A DNA stretch of 64,000 nucleotides from an uncultured Acidobacteriota bacterium (GTDB taxonomy: Bacteria > Actinomycetota > Acidimicrobiia > Spongiisociales > ZC4RG35), in NCBI GenBank assembly GCA_963828465.1, contig CAWHEU010000020.1, positions 203,635 to 267,634 of the forward strand, written 5' to 3'. The position numbers and the translations under genes are program-made. How positions within the stretch are numbered: position 1 is the stretch's first letter; each line of letters opens with the position of its first letter. Shown piece by piece: positions 16,805-27,931 of the stretch. Below the pieces are notes generated by a model. It saw nothing but the letters and a program-made list of their open reading frames with translations, searched no databases and was not told the origin of the DNA.

Positions 16805-18295
16805 GTGATCGGTGGTCTTCTCGTCCTCGCCGGTGCCGTTCTATCTGCCCTGGCCTTCCCCCGGATCGGGCCGGGCTGGCTGATCCTGCCCGGCATCGCC
16901 TTGTTCCTGGCCGGGCTGCGGATGGCGAGGAGCCGGGCTCAGGGACTCCTCTACGGGTCCCTCTACGGGCTTGCCTTCTTCGGTGGCCTGATCTGGTGGA
17001 TCGGGGAGCTGGGCCTGGTCGCGGTGGTCCCCTTGGTGGTTGCGTTTGCCGCGTTCCACGTGCTCTACGGATGGTGGCTGTCCGGATACAACGACCGGAC
17101 TCCGGGGATATGGCTGGCGTTGGCAGTCGGAGGCTGGGCCCTCATGGAGTTGATCCGGTCCTACTTCCCTTTCAACGGCTTCGAGTGGGGAGCGCCGGGG
17201 TACGCCCTCTCGGACCAGGTCTGGGCCCGGGCGTTGGCCCCTCTATACGGGACCAGCGGAATCACGGTGCTGACGGTGTTGGTCGCGGCCACCGCGGTCG
17301 CCCTCACCTTTCGCCAGCGAAAGTGGATGCTCCTCGGAGTTCCGTTGGCTGCAATCGGTGTCTTCGCGGTTTGGTCGTGGTGGCCGAGCAGCTCGACGGA
17401 GGCACTCCCTGGTGTAGACGTGGCGATCGTCCAAGGATCCACTCCATGTCCCTTCGAGCATTGCCCCCCCGACGAGCGGTTGCGCACCTTCCTCCAGCAC
17501 CTCGACCTGACGAGGACCATCGAACCGGGCTCCGTGCATTTGGTTGTGTGGTCCGAGGGATCCACCGGGGGCCTGAATGCCGATCCGGTGCAGAACCCCG
17601 AGGTGGGGAACGCGATCGCCGAGGAGGCACGACGGATCGGAGCCTGGTTCCTGGTCGGTAGCGATCGCCCGCTGAGTGAGACTCAATGGGAGAACGTCAA
17701 TATCGTCTTCAATCCGGAGGGGGAGATCGTGGGTGAGTACCACAAGCAGCACCCGGTTCCCTTCGGGGAGTACATCCCGTTTCGGCCGCTGTTCGACTGG
17801 ATCCCCGAGCTGGACCAAGTGCCCCGGGACATGATTCCGGGCACGGGTCCGGTGGTGTTCGATACAGGTCAGCTGCGGATCGGGTCCGTGATCTCCTTCG
17901 AGGGCGGGTTCTCCCGCTATCCCCGCCAACACGCCGGAGCGGGGGCGAATCTGATCGTGGTTGCCACCAACGAGGGCTCTTATGGGACCACCCCCGGCAC
18001 GGACCAGTTCATCGGCATGACCCGGATGCGCGCTGCAGAGCTCGGTCTCGACGTGGTTCACGCCGCGGTTACCGGGAAGTCGACGTTTATCGATGCATCC
18101 GGGGCATATGGCGAAACCACCGGACTGGGTACCGAGGAGATCATCTACGGGTCGGTCGCCGGTCGCACACCGTCCATCTACGCCCGAACCGGCGACGTCG
18201 TCATGATCGCCGCCGCCCTGGTCGGGCTCCTCACCTGGTGGCGCGCTCGGCGGCCGCTGGTAGTTTCCGCCCCCGCGATCGACGAGGAGGAGTGA
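16805..18295 (+). CDS. lnt: Apolipoprotein N-acyltransferase
   Basis: Multiple TMs; WSEG, YHKQHPVPFGEYIP, ISFE (Ser in place of the usual Cys), TNEGSY. Confidence 0.88.
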   Translation: MIGGLLVLAGAVLSALAFPRIGPGWLILPGIALFLAGLRMARSRAQGLLYGSLYGLAFFGGLIWWIGELGLVAVVPLVVAFAAFHVLYGWWLSGYNDRTPGIWLALAVGGWALMELIRSYFPFNGFEWGAPGYALSDQVWARALAPLYGTSGITVLTVLVAATAVALTFRQRKWMLLGVPLAAIGVFAVWSWWPSSSTEALPGVDVAIVQGSTPCPFEHCPPDERLRTFLQHLDLTRTIEPGSVHLVVWSEGSTGGLNADPVQNPEVGNAIAEEARRIGAWFLVGSDRPLSETQWENVNIVFNPEGEIVGEYHKQHPVPFGEYIPFRPLFDWIPELDQVPRDMIPGTGPVVFDTGQLRIGSVISFEGGFSRYPRQHAGAGANLIVVATNEGSYGTTPGTDQFIGMTRMRAAELGLDVVHAAVTGKSTFIDASGAYGETTGLGTEEIIYGSVAGRTPSIYARTGDVVMIAAALVGLLTWWRARRPLVVSAPAIDEEE

Positions 18296-18301
18296 GAATC
18301 G

Positions 18302-20251
18302 ATGTCCCAGGCCCTGGAGAACCTGCTCACCGAAGACCGCAAGTTCGAGCCATCTCCCGAGTTCGCAGCCAAAGCAAAGGCCAAGCCGGGGATCCATGAG
18401 GATGCAGCGGACGACTATCTCGACTTCTGGCATCGCCAGGCCCTACAGCGCATCACCTGGCACAAGGAGCCGGCTCAAGTCCTGGACGACTCCAACCCGC
18501 CCTTCTTCAAATGGTTCGCCGACGGCGAGCTCAACATCTCCTTCAACTGCCTCGATCGTCATCTGGAGGAGCACGGCGACCAGGTTGCCTATCACTGGGT
18601 CGGCGAGCCCGGCGACAAACGCACGCTGACCTACCGGGACCTCCACTCAGAAGTGTGCCGTTTCGCCAACGGGCTTCTCGGCCTCGGCGTGGAGAAAGGC
18701 GACCGGGTCGCCATCTACATGGGCATGGTCCCAGAGCTCCCCATCGCCATGCTGGCCTGCGCCCGACTCGGTCTGGTCCACTCGGTTGTGTTCGGCGGGT
18801 TCTCCTCCGACGCCCTCTCCAGCCGGATCCTCGACGCCGATGCCCGGGTGGTCATCACCCAGGACGGCGCGTGGCGTGCCGGAAACGTGGTCCAGCTCAA
18901 GGCCAACGCCGATGTGGCCCTGGCCAGCACTCCGGATGTCAGCCACGTCGTCGTCCTGAAGCGGACCGACCACGGAATCGACATGACCGAGGGTCGGGAT
19001 ATGTGGTGGCACGACCTCGTCGAGGGTCAATCCGACGAGTGTGAGCCGGCGGTCCTGGGCGCAGAAGACCCGCTGTACATCCTCTACACCTCGGGCACGA
19101 CCGGGCGCCCGAAGGGGATCGTGCACACTCAGGGTGGCTACCTGACCGGAATCGTCACGACCCATCACTACATCTTCGATCTGGAGCCCGACACAGACAC
19201 CTATTGGTGCGGCGCCGACATCGGGTGGGTCACCGGTCACAGCTACATCGTGTACGGCCCGCTCTCCAACCGGACCACGAGTGTCATGTACGAGGGCGCC
19301 CCCAATTTCCCTGATCTCGACCGTCTCTGGCAGATCATCGAGGAGTACGGGGTCACCATCTTCTACACCGCCCCAACCGCGATCCGCACGTTCATGAAAT
19401 GGGGCGACGAGCACGTGACCAAGCACGATTTGAGCTCGCTGCGACTGATCGGGACTGTCGGCGAGCCGATCAACCCCGAGGCATGGATCTGGTACCAGGA
19501 GACGATTGGTGGAGGCGGATGCCCTGTGGTCGACACCTGGTGGCAAACAGAGACCGGGGCGGCCATGATCAGCCCGCTTCCCGGTGTCGTGGCCACCAAG
19601 CCCGGGTCTGCCACAGTCCCTTTCCCGGGCATCTTCGCCGACGTGGTCGACGACGCCGGAGAGTCGGTCCCGCTCGGCGGCGGGGGCTATCTCGTCATCA
19701 CCAAGCCATGGCCGGCGATGGCCCGGACGATCTACGGGGACGATCAGCGCTACGCCGACACGTACTGGTCGAGGTTTCCCGGCCTCTATTTCCCTGGAGA
19801 CGGCGCCAAACGCGATCTCGACGGGTACTTCTGGCTGCTGGGACGCGTGGACGACATCATGCTGGTCTCGGGTCACAACATCTCCACGACCGAGGTCGAG
19901 TCGGCGCTGGTCTCTCATGTGTCCGTCGCCGAGGCAGCGGTGGTTGGCCGCCGTGATGAGGTCACCGGTCAGGCCATCGCCGCCTTCGTGACCCTTCGCT
20001 CCGGTGTCGAAGGAGATGAGGAGCTCCTTCAGGAGCTGCGGGACCACGTCGCCAACACATTGGGGCCGATCGCCAAGCCCAAGTCGATCGTCTTCACCGA
20101 CGACCTTCCCAAGACCCGGTCGGGGAAGATCATGCGGCGCCTGCTTCAGGACATCTCAGAACAACGTCAGCTCGGCGACGTGACCACCCTGGCCAACGAG
20201 GCCGTCGTTCACGAGATCGCGGAAAAGGCAGCCGAAACGTCAGAGGACTGA
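18302..20251 (+). CDS. acs: Acetyl-CoA synthetase
   Basis: YTSGTTGRPKG, DTWWQTETG, LPKTRSGKIMRR. Confidence 0.96.
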   Translation: MSQALENLLTEDRKFEPSPEFAAKAKAKPGIHEDAADDYLDFWHRQALQRITWHKEPAQVLDDSNPPFFKWFADGELNISFNCLDRHLEEHGDQVAYHWVGEPGDKRTLTYRDLHSEVCRFANGLLGLGVEKGDRVAIYMGMVPELPIAMLACARLGLVHSVVFGGFSSDALSSRILDADARVVITQDGAWRAGNVVQLKANADVALASTPDVSHVVVLKRTDHGIDMTEGRDMWWHDLVEGQSDECEPAVLGAEDPLYILYTSGTTGRPKGIVHTQGGYLTGIVTTHHYIFDLEPDTDTYWCGADIGWVTGHSYIVYGPLSNRTTSVMYEGAPNFPDLDRLWQIIEEYGVTIFYTAPTAIRTFMKWGDEHVTKHDLSSLRLIGTVGEPINPEAWIWYQETIGGGGCPVVDTWWQTETGAAMISPLPGVVATKPGSATVPFPGIFADVVDDAGESVPLGGGGYLVITKPWPAMARTIYGDDQRYADTYWSRFPGLYFPGDGAKRDLDGYFWLLGRVDDIMLVSGHNISTTEVESALVSHVSVAEAAVVGRRDEVTGQAIAAFVTLRSGVEGDEELLQELRDHVANTLGPIAKPKSIVFTDDLPKTRSGKIMRRLLQDISEQRQLGDVTTLANEAVVHEIAEKAAETSED

Positions 20252-20258
20252 GGCCCGC

Positions 20259-20738
20259 TTAGGCCAGCAGCACGGTTCCGAACCAGATGGCAGCGATCAG
20301 TAGGCCGGTGGCGAGCTCGATCCCGATCGAGGTTGCAACGGCCCCCAGACTCGTCTTGGTGGCCGGCCAGGCCTGCTCAGCACCCACCCTTATCCGTTCG
20401 AAGACGTAAATGGCCAGGACGAACCCGATCGGCGCCCCCACCACCGGGATCACGAAAAGGCCAACGATGGCAACCGCTGTTGCGATCACCAAGGTCCGGT
20501 TCGGGATCCCGACCTCGTTGAGTTTTCGTTTGGGAATCGAGTACTTGATGAACGTCCCGATCCCGGCGAGGACCAGAGCCACGATCGCGACGGCCCAGGC
20601 AGCGGCGCCACCCTTCACGAAGGCCCATAAAAAGATGGCGATCACTTCCATCACCAGACCGGGGATGATGGGGATGACGATCCCGAAGAGTGAGACGACG
20701 ATTATCAGGCCAATGGCCAGCTCGCCGAGCTCATCCAT
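20259..20738 (-). CDS. DUF456 family membrane protein
   Basis: GIVIPIIPG, FVIPVVGAPIGFVLAIYVFE. Confidence 0.75.
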   Translation of the reverse strand: MDELGELAIGLIIVVSLFGIVIPIIPGLVMEVIAIFLWAFVKGGAAAWAVAIVALVLAGIGTFIKYSIPKRKLNEVGIPNRTLVIATAVAIVGLFVIPVVGAPIGFVLAIYVFERIRVGAEQAWPATKTSLGAVATSIGIELATGLLIAAIWFGTVLLA

Positions 20739-20778
20739 CGGCGGATCGTAGGCGGGGGCGGGCCGGGCCGCCCCGGGC

Positions 20779-21604
20779 TCAGCCCGCAGCCAGTGCGGCT
20801 ACTGCAGCGGAGGCGCCCTCGGTGAGCGGTTCGCCGTGGCCGAAGAGGGCGATCTCGTAGGTGAATCCGCCGAGTTTGAGGATCGTCTCCATCGCCACTG
20901 TCATGTCTTCGCTGAAAGAGGGATCGGGTGGGGCGACCCCGCCGTCTGTGCCGTTGAGGGCGTCGCCGGTCACCAGGATCCCGGCGGCGGCATCGAGGAC
21001 ACAGATGTGCCCTGCGGTGTGGCCAGGGCTATCGATGATCTCGAGACCGAAGACGCTGTCGCCGTCACCCACGGACTGGGGAGCTGTGGCCGAGGCGATC
21101 TGAGGGATCTCGGCCGCCCCGGCGTAGAGGGTGGCGCCCGCGGCGCGGGTCATCACGTCGTCGACACTGCCGGCATGGTCGGGATGCTTATGGGTGAGGA
21201 TGACATGCCCGACGACACCCCAGTCCAGCCCGACCTCGCCCAGGGCCGCCTCGATGGCGTCGGCACTCCCGTCGACCCCGGTGTCGACCAGCGCCGCCTC
21301 ACTCCCTCTATAGAGGATGTAGGCGGAGACGAAATCGAGGTTCACCCGCTGATAGGCGGTCATGGTCGGGCTCGTGGTGCTGGTCGCAGCGGCGCTGGTG
21401 CTCGAAGCGGCCGATGTCGATGTGGACGTGGGCGCTTCGGTGGTGGTGGTGGTTGGGTGCTCCTGTCGGAGAACCCGCCGGGGTGGTGGTGGTCCCGCCT
21501 CCGTCATCCGTACAGGCAGCGGTCCCCAGCACCATGATGGCGAGGCCGGCCTTGCCCATCTCGGCGATCGCCATACGACGATTGATCAGACGGTGTGCGG
21601 TCAT
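20779..21604 (-). CDS. Tat-exported lipoprotein, metallo-beta-lactamase fold hydrolase; frameshift near 21460
   Basis: INRR Tat-like motif, TAAC lipobox, Thr-rich linker, THKHPDH, PGHTAGH, GDAL, GHG. Confidence 0.8.
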
Positions 21605-21669
21605 TGAGACCTCCGATTTGGAGCCGATCTTCAACCTACCGGAGGAATTGACTTGTGTAACTTCCCTGC

Positions 21670-23028
21670 ATGGTTACCAAGATCACGTTGTCGGAGACCG
21701 AACTTCCCACTCACTGGTACAACGTCGTCCCCGATCTGCCGGTGCCCCCGCCACCGGTCCTTCACCCGGGGACCCATGAGCCGGTCGGCCCCGATGATCT
21801 GGCTCCGTTGTTCCCAATGGATTTGATCCTCCAGGAGGTGAGCAGCGATCGGTTCATAGAGATCCCCGAGGAGATCCGGGAGATCTACCGCTTATGGCGC
21901 CCGACCCCGATGTACCGGGCCCACAACCTGGAGAAGGTGATCGATGGCCCGGCCCGCATCTACTACAAGTACGAAGGGGTCAGCCCGGCCGGATCGCACA
22001 AGCCGAATACGGCTGTCGCCCAGGCCTACTACAACGCCAAGGCAGGGGTCAAGAAGCTCTCCACCGAGACCGGAGCAGGGCAGTGGGGCTCAGCCCTCTC
22101 CTTCGCCTGCGCCCTCTTCGGTCTCGAATGCGAGGTGTTCATGGTCCGGTCCTCGTATGACCAGAAGCCGTATCGCAAGGCGATGATCGAGACCTGGGGG
22201 GCCACGGTCCATTCCTCGCCATCGGAGCTGACCCAGGCCGGCCGCTCGATCCGGGAGGCCGATCCCGAAACGCCCGGGAGCCTCGGCATCGCAATCTCCG
22301 AGGCGGTGGAGGTGGCGGCGACCGATGACGACACGAAGTACTCCTTGGGCTCGGTTCTCAACCATGTCCTGATGCATCAGACAGTGATCGGTGAGGAGGC
22401 TCTCAAACAACTCGCACTGGTCGAGGAGACTCCCGATGTCATCATCGGGTGCGCTGGGGGTGGCTCCAATTTCGCCGGATTCAGCTTCCCCTTCGTCAGG
22501 GAGAAGTTGGCAGGGAAGATGGACCCCGTGATCCGCGCTGTCGAGCCGGCGGCGGCGCCATCCCTGACCCGGGGCAGCTATCAGTTCGACTTCGGGGACA
22601 CGGTCGGGATGACGCCCCTGGTGAAGATGCACACCCTCGGGCACGACTTCGTGCCCGATCCGATTCACGCCGGCGGTCTCCGCTATCACGGGATGGCACC
22701 GCTGGTATCGCTGCTCAAGGAGGAAGGGATCATCGAGGCCGAGTCCCTACAACAGACGGAGGCCTTTGGCCGCGCCGTGCAGTTCGCCCGGGCCGAGGGG
22801 ATCATCCCTGGTCCCGAGCCCGCCCATGCGGTGGCTTCGACGATGATGGAGGCGGAGCGGGCCAAGGAAGCGGGCGAGGAGAAGGTGATCGTCTTCAACT
22901 TGTCGGGCCATGGCCACTTCGACATGGCCGCCTACCAGGAATACCTCGACGGCGCCCTCATCGATTACGAATACCCCGCGGAGCGCATCGCGGCCGCCAT
23001 GGAGCGGGTGCCGGTGGTAGCCGGATAG
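21670..23028 (+). CDS. trpB2: TrpB2 (TrpB-like PLP-dependent enzyme)
   Basis: [44 protein letters not shown]. Confidence 0.93.
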   Translation: MVTKITLSETELPTHWYNVVPDLPVPPPPVLHPGTHEPVGPDDLAPLFPMDLILQEVSSDRFIEIPEEIREIYRLWRPTPMYRAHNLEKVIDGPARIYYKYEGVSPAGSHKPNTAVAQAYYNAKAGVKKLSTETGAGQWGSALSFACALFGLECEVFMVRSSYDQKPYRKAMIETWGATVHSSPSELTQAGRSIREADPETPGSLGIAISEAVEVAATDDDTKYSLGSVLNHVLMHQTVIGEEALKQLALVEETPDVIIGCAGGGSNFAGFSFPFVREKLAGKMDPVIRAVEPAAAPSLTRGSYQFDFGDTVGMTPLVKMHTLGHDFVPDPIHAGGLRYHGMAPLVSLLKEEGIIEAESLQQTEAFGRAVQFARAEGIIPGPEPAHAVASTMMEAERAKEAGEEKVIVFNLSGHGHFDMAAYQEYLDGALIDYEYPAERIAAAMERVPVVAG

Positions 23029-23085
23029 CTACCGTAAGTAGGTGGCGCCGTATGTGGCGTTGCACCGATGGAGAAAGCGAGAGAC

Positions 23086-23851
23086 ATGCCCGGTCCAACC
23101 GATATATCCGGTGAAGAGCTGCAGAAAGTGCTCGACTTGTTGAGCGGAGCCGACAGCGTTGAGTTGAAGCTGACCCTGCTCGAAGGCCGCCGGGCAGGCG
23201 TGGCCCGGACGCTGGGGATCGATGCGATGGATGCCCAGATCCGTCAGGTCTTCTTCTTCGACACTCCCCAACTCGACCTCAACTCTGCCGGCGTCGTGGT
23301 TCGAGCGCGTCGACGTCAGAACGAGATGGGGGACACAGTCATCAAGATCAGACCGGTCGACCCTGGCGATCTCTCGAGTGATCTGCGGGCCGACCCCGAG
23401 TTCGGGGTCGAAGTAGATGCCATGCCGGGTGGCTACGTATGCTCAGCCTCGTTCAAGGGCGCGGCCGACAACGCCGAGATCCGGGAAGTCGCTGGTGGCG
23501 GGGGCAAGGTGCGCAAGTTGTTCTCCAAAGCGGCAACGGGCCTTCTACGAAGAGCACGCTCCCGCGGGTGTGGAGTTGGACGATTTGCAGATCCTCGGCC
23601 CGATCCTGACTCTGAGGGTGAAGTTTCAATCGGAGGGTTACAAACGCCCCATGGTTGGCGAGATGTGGCTCTATCCGGACGGGTCGCAGGTGATCGAGCT
23701 CTCCACCAAGACCAAGCCTTCCGAGGCATTCCAGGCGGGGGTGGAATGGCGGGGGTTCCTGGAGTCGAAAGACATCGACATTTCGGGGGAGCAGCAGACC
23801 AAGACCAAGATCGCTCTCGAGTTCTTCACCAAGGCCGGATCAGCGGCCTGA
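23086..23851 (+). CDS. CYTH/adenylate cyclase-like protein; frameshift near 23530
   Basis: ADSVELKLT, RQVFFFDTP.L.L...GVVVRARR, EMWLYPDGSQVIELSTK, QQTKTK. Confidence 0.75.
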
Positions 23852-24605
23852 AGTCGAGAAGTGCTGGTAGTCCTTGGCCGAGGACCAGGTGCCGCCCCAG
23901 GTCCACCCGTGGGCGGCAAACGCCTCCACCACCACGTCACCATCGTGGATCATCCCGGGTGTGTCGAGGCTTCGATCGGCGTAGGCGGCGCCCTCGGGCG
24001 GCAGGACCGTTCCCCCGACTACATACGGGTTGACCAGGGGGTTCATGTCGATTGCCGTCCCGTAGGAGTGCTCTGACCACGACGACCCGCCGGTCACGGG
24101 TCTGCAATTGAACGCGCTCGGTGTTGTTCGCCGCCATGCTCAGGTCGTCATCGCCCTCGTAGACGTCGACGGGTTCGATGCGTTCGATTGGGAAGCCGGC
24201 CCCGAACAGCTGGGCCATGACCTCGACGATGTCCTCTGCCACCTCGCCGGCAACGACCAGCCTCCCGGTGTGCACCTCGCCGTCGTATCCGAAATGAGAG
24301 ACGTCTACCGCACGCAGAGATTCCACATCCAGCGGGCAGCCCTCTCGCCAGGATGAAGGGAGATCGGACGCGTCGACCGGGCTGATGGATGATTGAAAGA
24401 CCGGAGAAGTTTCAGTGGTGACCACCGGTGTCGTGGTGGCCGCCGGAGCCATGGTCGTCGACGACGCGGTGGAAGGCGGCGCGGTGGTCGTGGTGGTGGA
24501 GGCCATCGTGGTGGCGGCAGGCCCGGATTCGGGTTGGAGCAACAGCACCACCAAGCCCACCAAGCCGATGGCGGCTGCGATGAGAAGCAGCCGGGTCCGG
24601 TTCAG
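23840..24605 (-). CDS. M15 family D-Ala-D-Ala carboxypeptidase, membrane-anchored; frameshift near 24120; start uncertain (CTG 24605 or TTG 24563)
   Basis: SWREGCP, NNTSAFNCR, SEHSYGTAIDMNP, WGGTW..KDYQHF. Confidence 0.82.
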
Positions 24606-25886
24606 CGGTCCTGGCCCTCCCAGCTGCTCAGACCCTCGTCGACCAGGTCGAGAGCCCAGTCGAGCTCCTCTCGGGTCGTGATCAGAGGTGGGATGAAGCG
24701 AATCACGTTGGCATCCGGACCGCAGTTGATGACGATCAGCTCACGGTCGAAGGCATGCTTCTCGACGTGGGTGAAGGCGGTGGCGTCCGGGAGTGCGACT
24801 CTCCCGGTCGGTCACCAGCTCGACGCCGATCATCAGGCCGAGGCCGCGAACGTCGCCGATGGTGGGGTGACTGTCGGCCATCTCATTGAATCGCTCGAAG
24901 GTGCGCTTGGAAAGCTCACGGGCGTGTGGGAGCAGGCCTTCCATGGTGTCGATCACGGCGACGGAGGCCGCGGTCGATACCGGATTGCCGCCGTATGTGG
25001 TGCCGTGCGCCCCCCTGGGCCAGGCATCGATCGTCTCCCGCGAGGAGCCGTATGCCGAGAGGGGGAGGCCATTGGCGATTCCCTTGCCCATGGCCATGAT
25101 GTCCGGCTTGGCGTCGTAGTGATCTGAGGCGAACCACTCGGCCGTCCGCCCGAAACCGGACTGCACCTCGTCGTAGAGCAACTTGATCCCGTGCTCGTCC
25201 GCCATCTCTCGGAGAGCGTCGAGAAAGCGGGCAGGGGCGGGGTAGTAGCCACCCTCACCCTGCACCGGCTCGATGAGAAAGCAGGCGATGTTCTTCGGTG
25301 TCACCACGTGCTTGAACATCATTTGCAATTCGTTCAGGGAGAAATCGGTCGCCTCGTCCTCGGTCATGCCCCATCGGTAGGGGTGGGGGTAGGGGGTCAC
25401 GAACACCGAGCCGAGCACCGGGTGATATCCGTCCCGGTATTTCGCATTCGAGGTCGTGTAGGTGACTGAGCCCATGGTGCGGCCGTGGAACGCACCCCGG
25501 AACGCGATGACACCCTGTCTGCCCGTGGTGTGCTTGGCCAGTTTCACCGCCGCCTCCACCGCCTCGGCCCCGGAATTGGCGAAGCTGAACTTCTCGATAC
25601 CAGGTGGCGTGATCGCCCGCAGACGCTCGGCGGCCTCGACGATCGAGTCATAGCGGACGATGCAGCCCGAGTGCACCAGGTTGTCCAACTGACGATGCGC
25701 CGCCTCGATCACGGCCGGGTGGTTGTGACCCAGGTTGGTCACTGCGGTTCCGCAGGCGTAGTCCGCCCAGCGTCTCCCGTCGACGTCCGTGATCCAGATC
25801 CCCTCGGCCTTGGCGGCGTGGATATCCGTGTCGAAGGCGAGCACGGGGGCGAGAACTTCGTTGTGTCTGCTCAGGAAATCGGACAT
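24602..25886 (-). CDS. Class III PLP aminotransferase (GabT-like); frameshift near 24790
   Basis: NSGAEAVEAA, AFHGRT, EPVQGEGG, DEVQSGFGRT, MGKGIANG; IRFIPPL continues in the shifted frame. Confidence 0.88.
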
Positions 25887-25986
25887 CGGGGGATGCTACC
25901 GGCTCGTTGGCGCCGGTAGAAGTGGCCAAACCGAATGCAGGGCGTCATCTATCCGTGACGCCCTGCACCAAATATGCAATCTGCGG

Positions 25987-26514
25987 CTAGCGGTTCTTGA
26001 TCCCCAGATAGATCCCGGCCACGCCGTCGACGAGGAGCAGGACGGCGAACAGGGTTATGAGGAGCTCTGTGGAGAACTCGGCGTTGAACAGGATGAGGAG
26101 GCCGATCAGGACGCTGACGGCTCCGAACACGAAAGCCCCGACGCCTCCGCCACGGAACGCGCCGATGATGGAGGTCACGCCGACCACGATCCCGATGATC
26201 CCGAGGATGACGCCGATCACTCCCTGGAACACGTCCGCCGCCTCGCCGGGGTTGGTCAGGACCAGGAAGCCGGCCACGACACCCAGAACGCCGATGATCA
26301 GCTTCCACCACATGTCGGTGCGGTCGACGAAGACGGCGAAGATCATGAAGGCGCCCTGGATCAGCCACCACAACCCCAGGATCACCATCAGCAGGGATAT
26401 CGCCTCATCCTGGCGGACGAGGAGGATTATCCCGAAGATCAGGGCGGTGACACCTCCCAGGACGAAGGCGTAGTTGATCGTCCGATCCGGCGGGCTGCTA
26501 CTCACCGTCTCCAT
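25987..26514 (-). CDS. HdeD/DUF308 family membrane protein
   Basis: Six TMs with G.....IFG..L..P repeats. Confidence 0.8.
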   Translation of the reverse strand: METVSSSPPDRTINYAFVLGGVTALIFGIILLVRQDEAISLLMVILGLWWLIQGAFMIFAVFVDRTDMWWKLIIGVLGVVAGFLVLTNPGEAADVFQGVIGVILGIIGIVVGVTSIIGAFRGGGVGAFVFGAVSVLIGLLILFNAEFSTELLITLFAVLLLVDGVAGIYLGIKNR

Positions 26515-26613
26515 GGCGGCTCCTTTGGGTTAGGCGACGGCGATCACGCTACATACGACCTCGTTCGTCGGGACGGCAAGAAACGAAGCTTGCACCTGTA
26601 GCTTTCACTCCCG

Positions 26614-27931
26614 ATGTCAGTGATCGGCAGCACCCGGGTGGTCTTGGGCGAGGATGTGCGCCCGGCATCGATAAGGATCGAAGAGGGCGTGATCGTCGAT
26701 ATCGGTGCCGGGCCGGGCCGAGGTCGACTTCGGTGACATGGTCGTGATGCCCGGGCTGGTCGACTCTCACGTCCATGTCAACGAGCCGGGTAGGTCCGAA
26801 TGGGAGGGGTTCAGGACCGCGACACGAGCCGCAGTCGCCGGGGGGACGACGACGATCGTCGACATGCCTCTCAATTCGATTCCGCCGACTGTCGACGTCC
26901 GCGCCCTGTCGAAGAAGCGGGCGGCGGCCGAGGGGAAGCTGAGTGCCGACGTGGCCTTCTGGGGTGGCCTCATCCCCGGATCTGAAGATCAGATAGGCCC
27001 TCTGGTGGCGGAGGGCGTTTGTGGCTTCAAGTCGTTCCTGGTCGCCTCGGGAGTCGAGGAGTTCCCGCTGGTGAGCCCCTCGGAGCTCGCCTCGGCCCTG
27101 CCCCTCATGCGGGAGCTCGAGGTTCCCTCACTTGTGCACGCTGAGGACCCGGCCCGGATCCTTCGACTATTGGGCGATCCGACCGACTACCAGTCGTATC
27201 TGGAGACCCGTCCCGCCGACGGGGAGGCTGCAGCGGTCACCACGGTCGCAGATCTGGCCCGGGCCACCGGGGCCCGGGTTCATGTGCTCCATGTGTCGTC
27301 GGCCGAGGCGGTGAGAGCGGTGGCCGACGGGCCCGACTCGCTCACCGGGGAGACATGTCCCCACTATCTGACCTTTTGCGCCGAAGAGATCGGCGCCGGC
27401 GCCACCTCGTTCAAATGCGCCCCCCCGATTCGCGCCGCCGAGCACCGCGACGCCCTTTGGGATGGTCTCATGGACGGGAGCCTGAACATGATCGTCTCCG
27501 ATCACTCGCCGGCCCCGGCCGAGGTCAAGCGTCTCGACGATGGGGACTTCGGTGAGGCTTGGGGCGGGATCGGCTCGCTACAGCTGCGCTTGCCCGCAAC
27601 GTGGACGGGGGCGGTGGAGCGTGAAATCGGGCTGCCGCAGCTGACTCGATGGATGGCCCTCGAGCCGGCGAGACTCGCCGGGCTCGACGACCGCAAGGGC
27701 TCGATCGAGGTCGGGATGGATGCCGACTTCGTCGTCTGGGATCCTGACGGCGTCACCCGCGTCCGGGGGGGCGACCTCGAACATCGTCACCCCACGACTC
27801 CTTACGAGGGGATGTCACTTCGTGGTTCGGTCGTGATGACCATCCTCGCCGGTGTCACCGTCTTCGACGGGACGAGTGTCGGCCCCATTGGTGGCAGGAT
27901 GTTGAGGCGCAATGACCGATCTGATATCTGA
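26614..27931 (+). CDS. allB: Allantoinase; frameshift near 26710
   Basis: PGLVDSHVHVNEPGRSEWEGF, DMPLNSIP, ETCPHYL, FKCAPPIR, SDHSP. Confidence 0.92.

Noticed and set aside
18647-20047. Long antisense ORFs (also 31828-33171, 53167-54231, 61172-62293 and others)
   Set aside because: Typical high-GC shadows of real genes with no recognisable motifs
21390-21495. ACC/Thr-rich low-complexity tracts (also 24420-24520)
   Set aside because: Ordinary Thr/Ser linkers of secreted proteins
26575-26600. GAAAC-n6-TGCAC as a GlnR site upstream of allB
   Set aside because: Only one weak pair of half-sites; insufficient support
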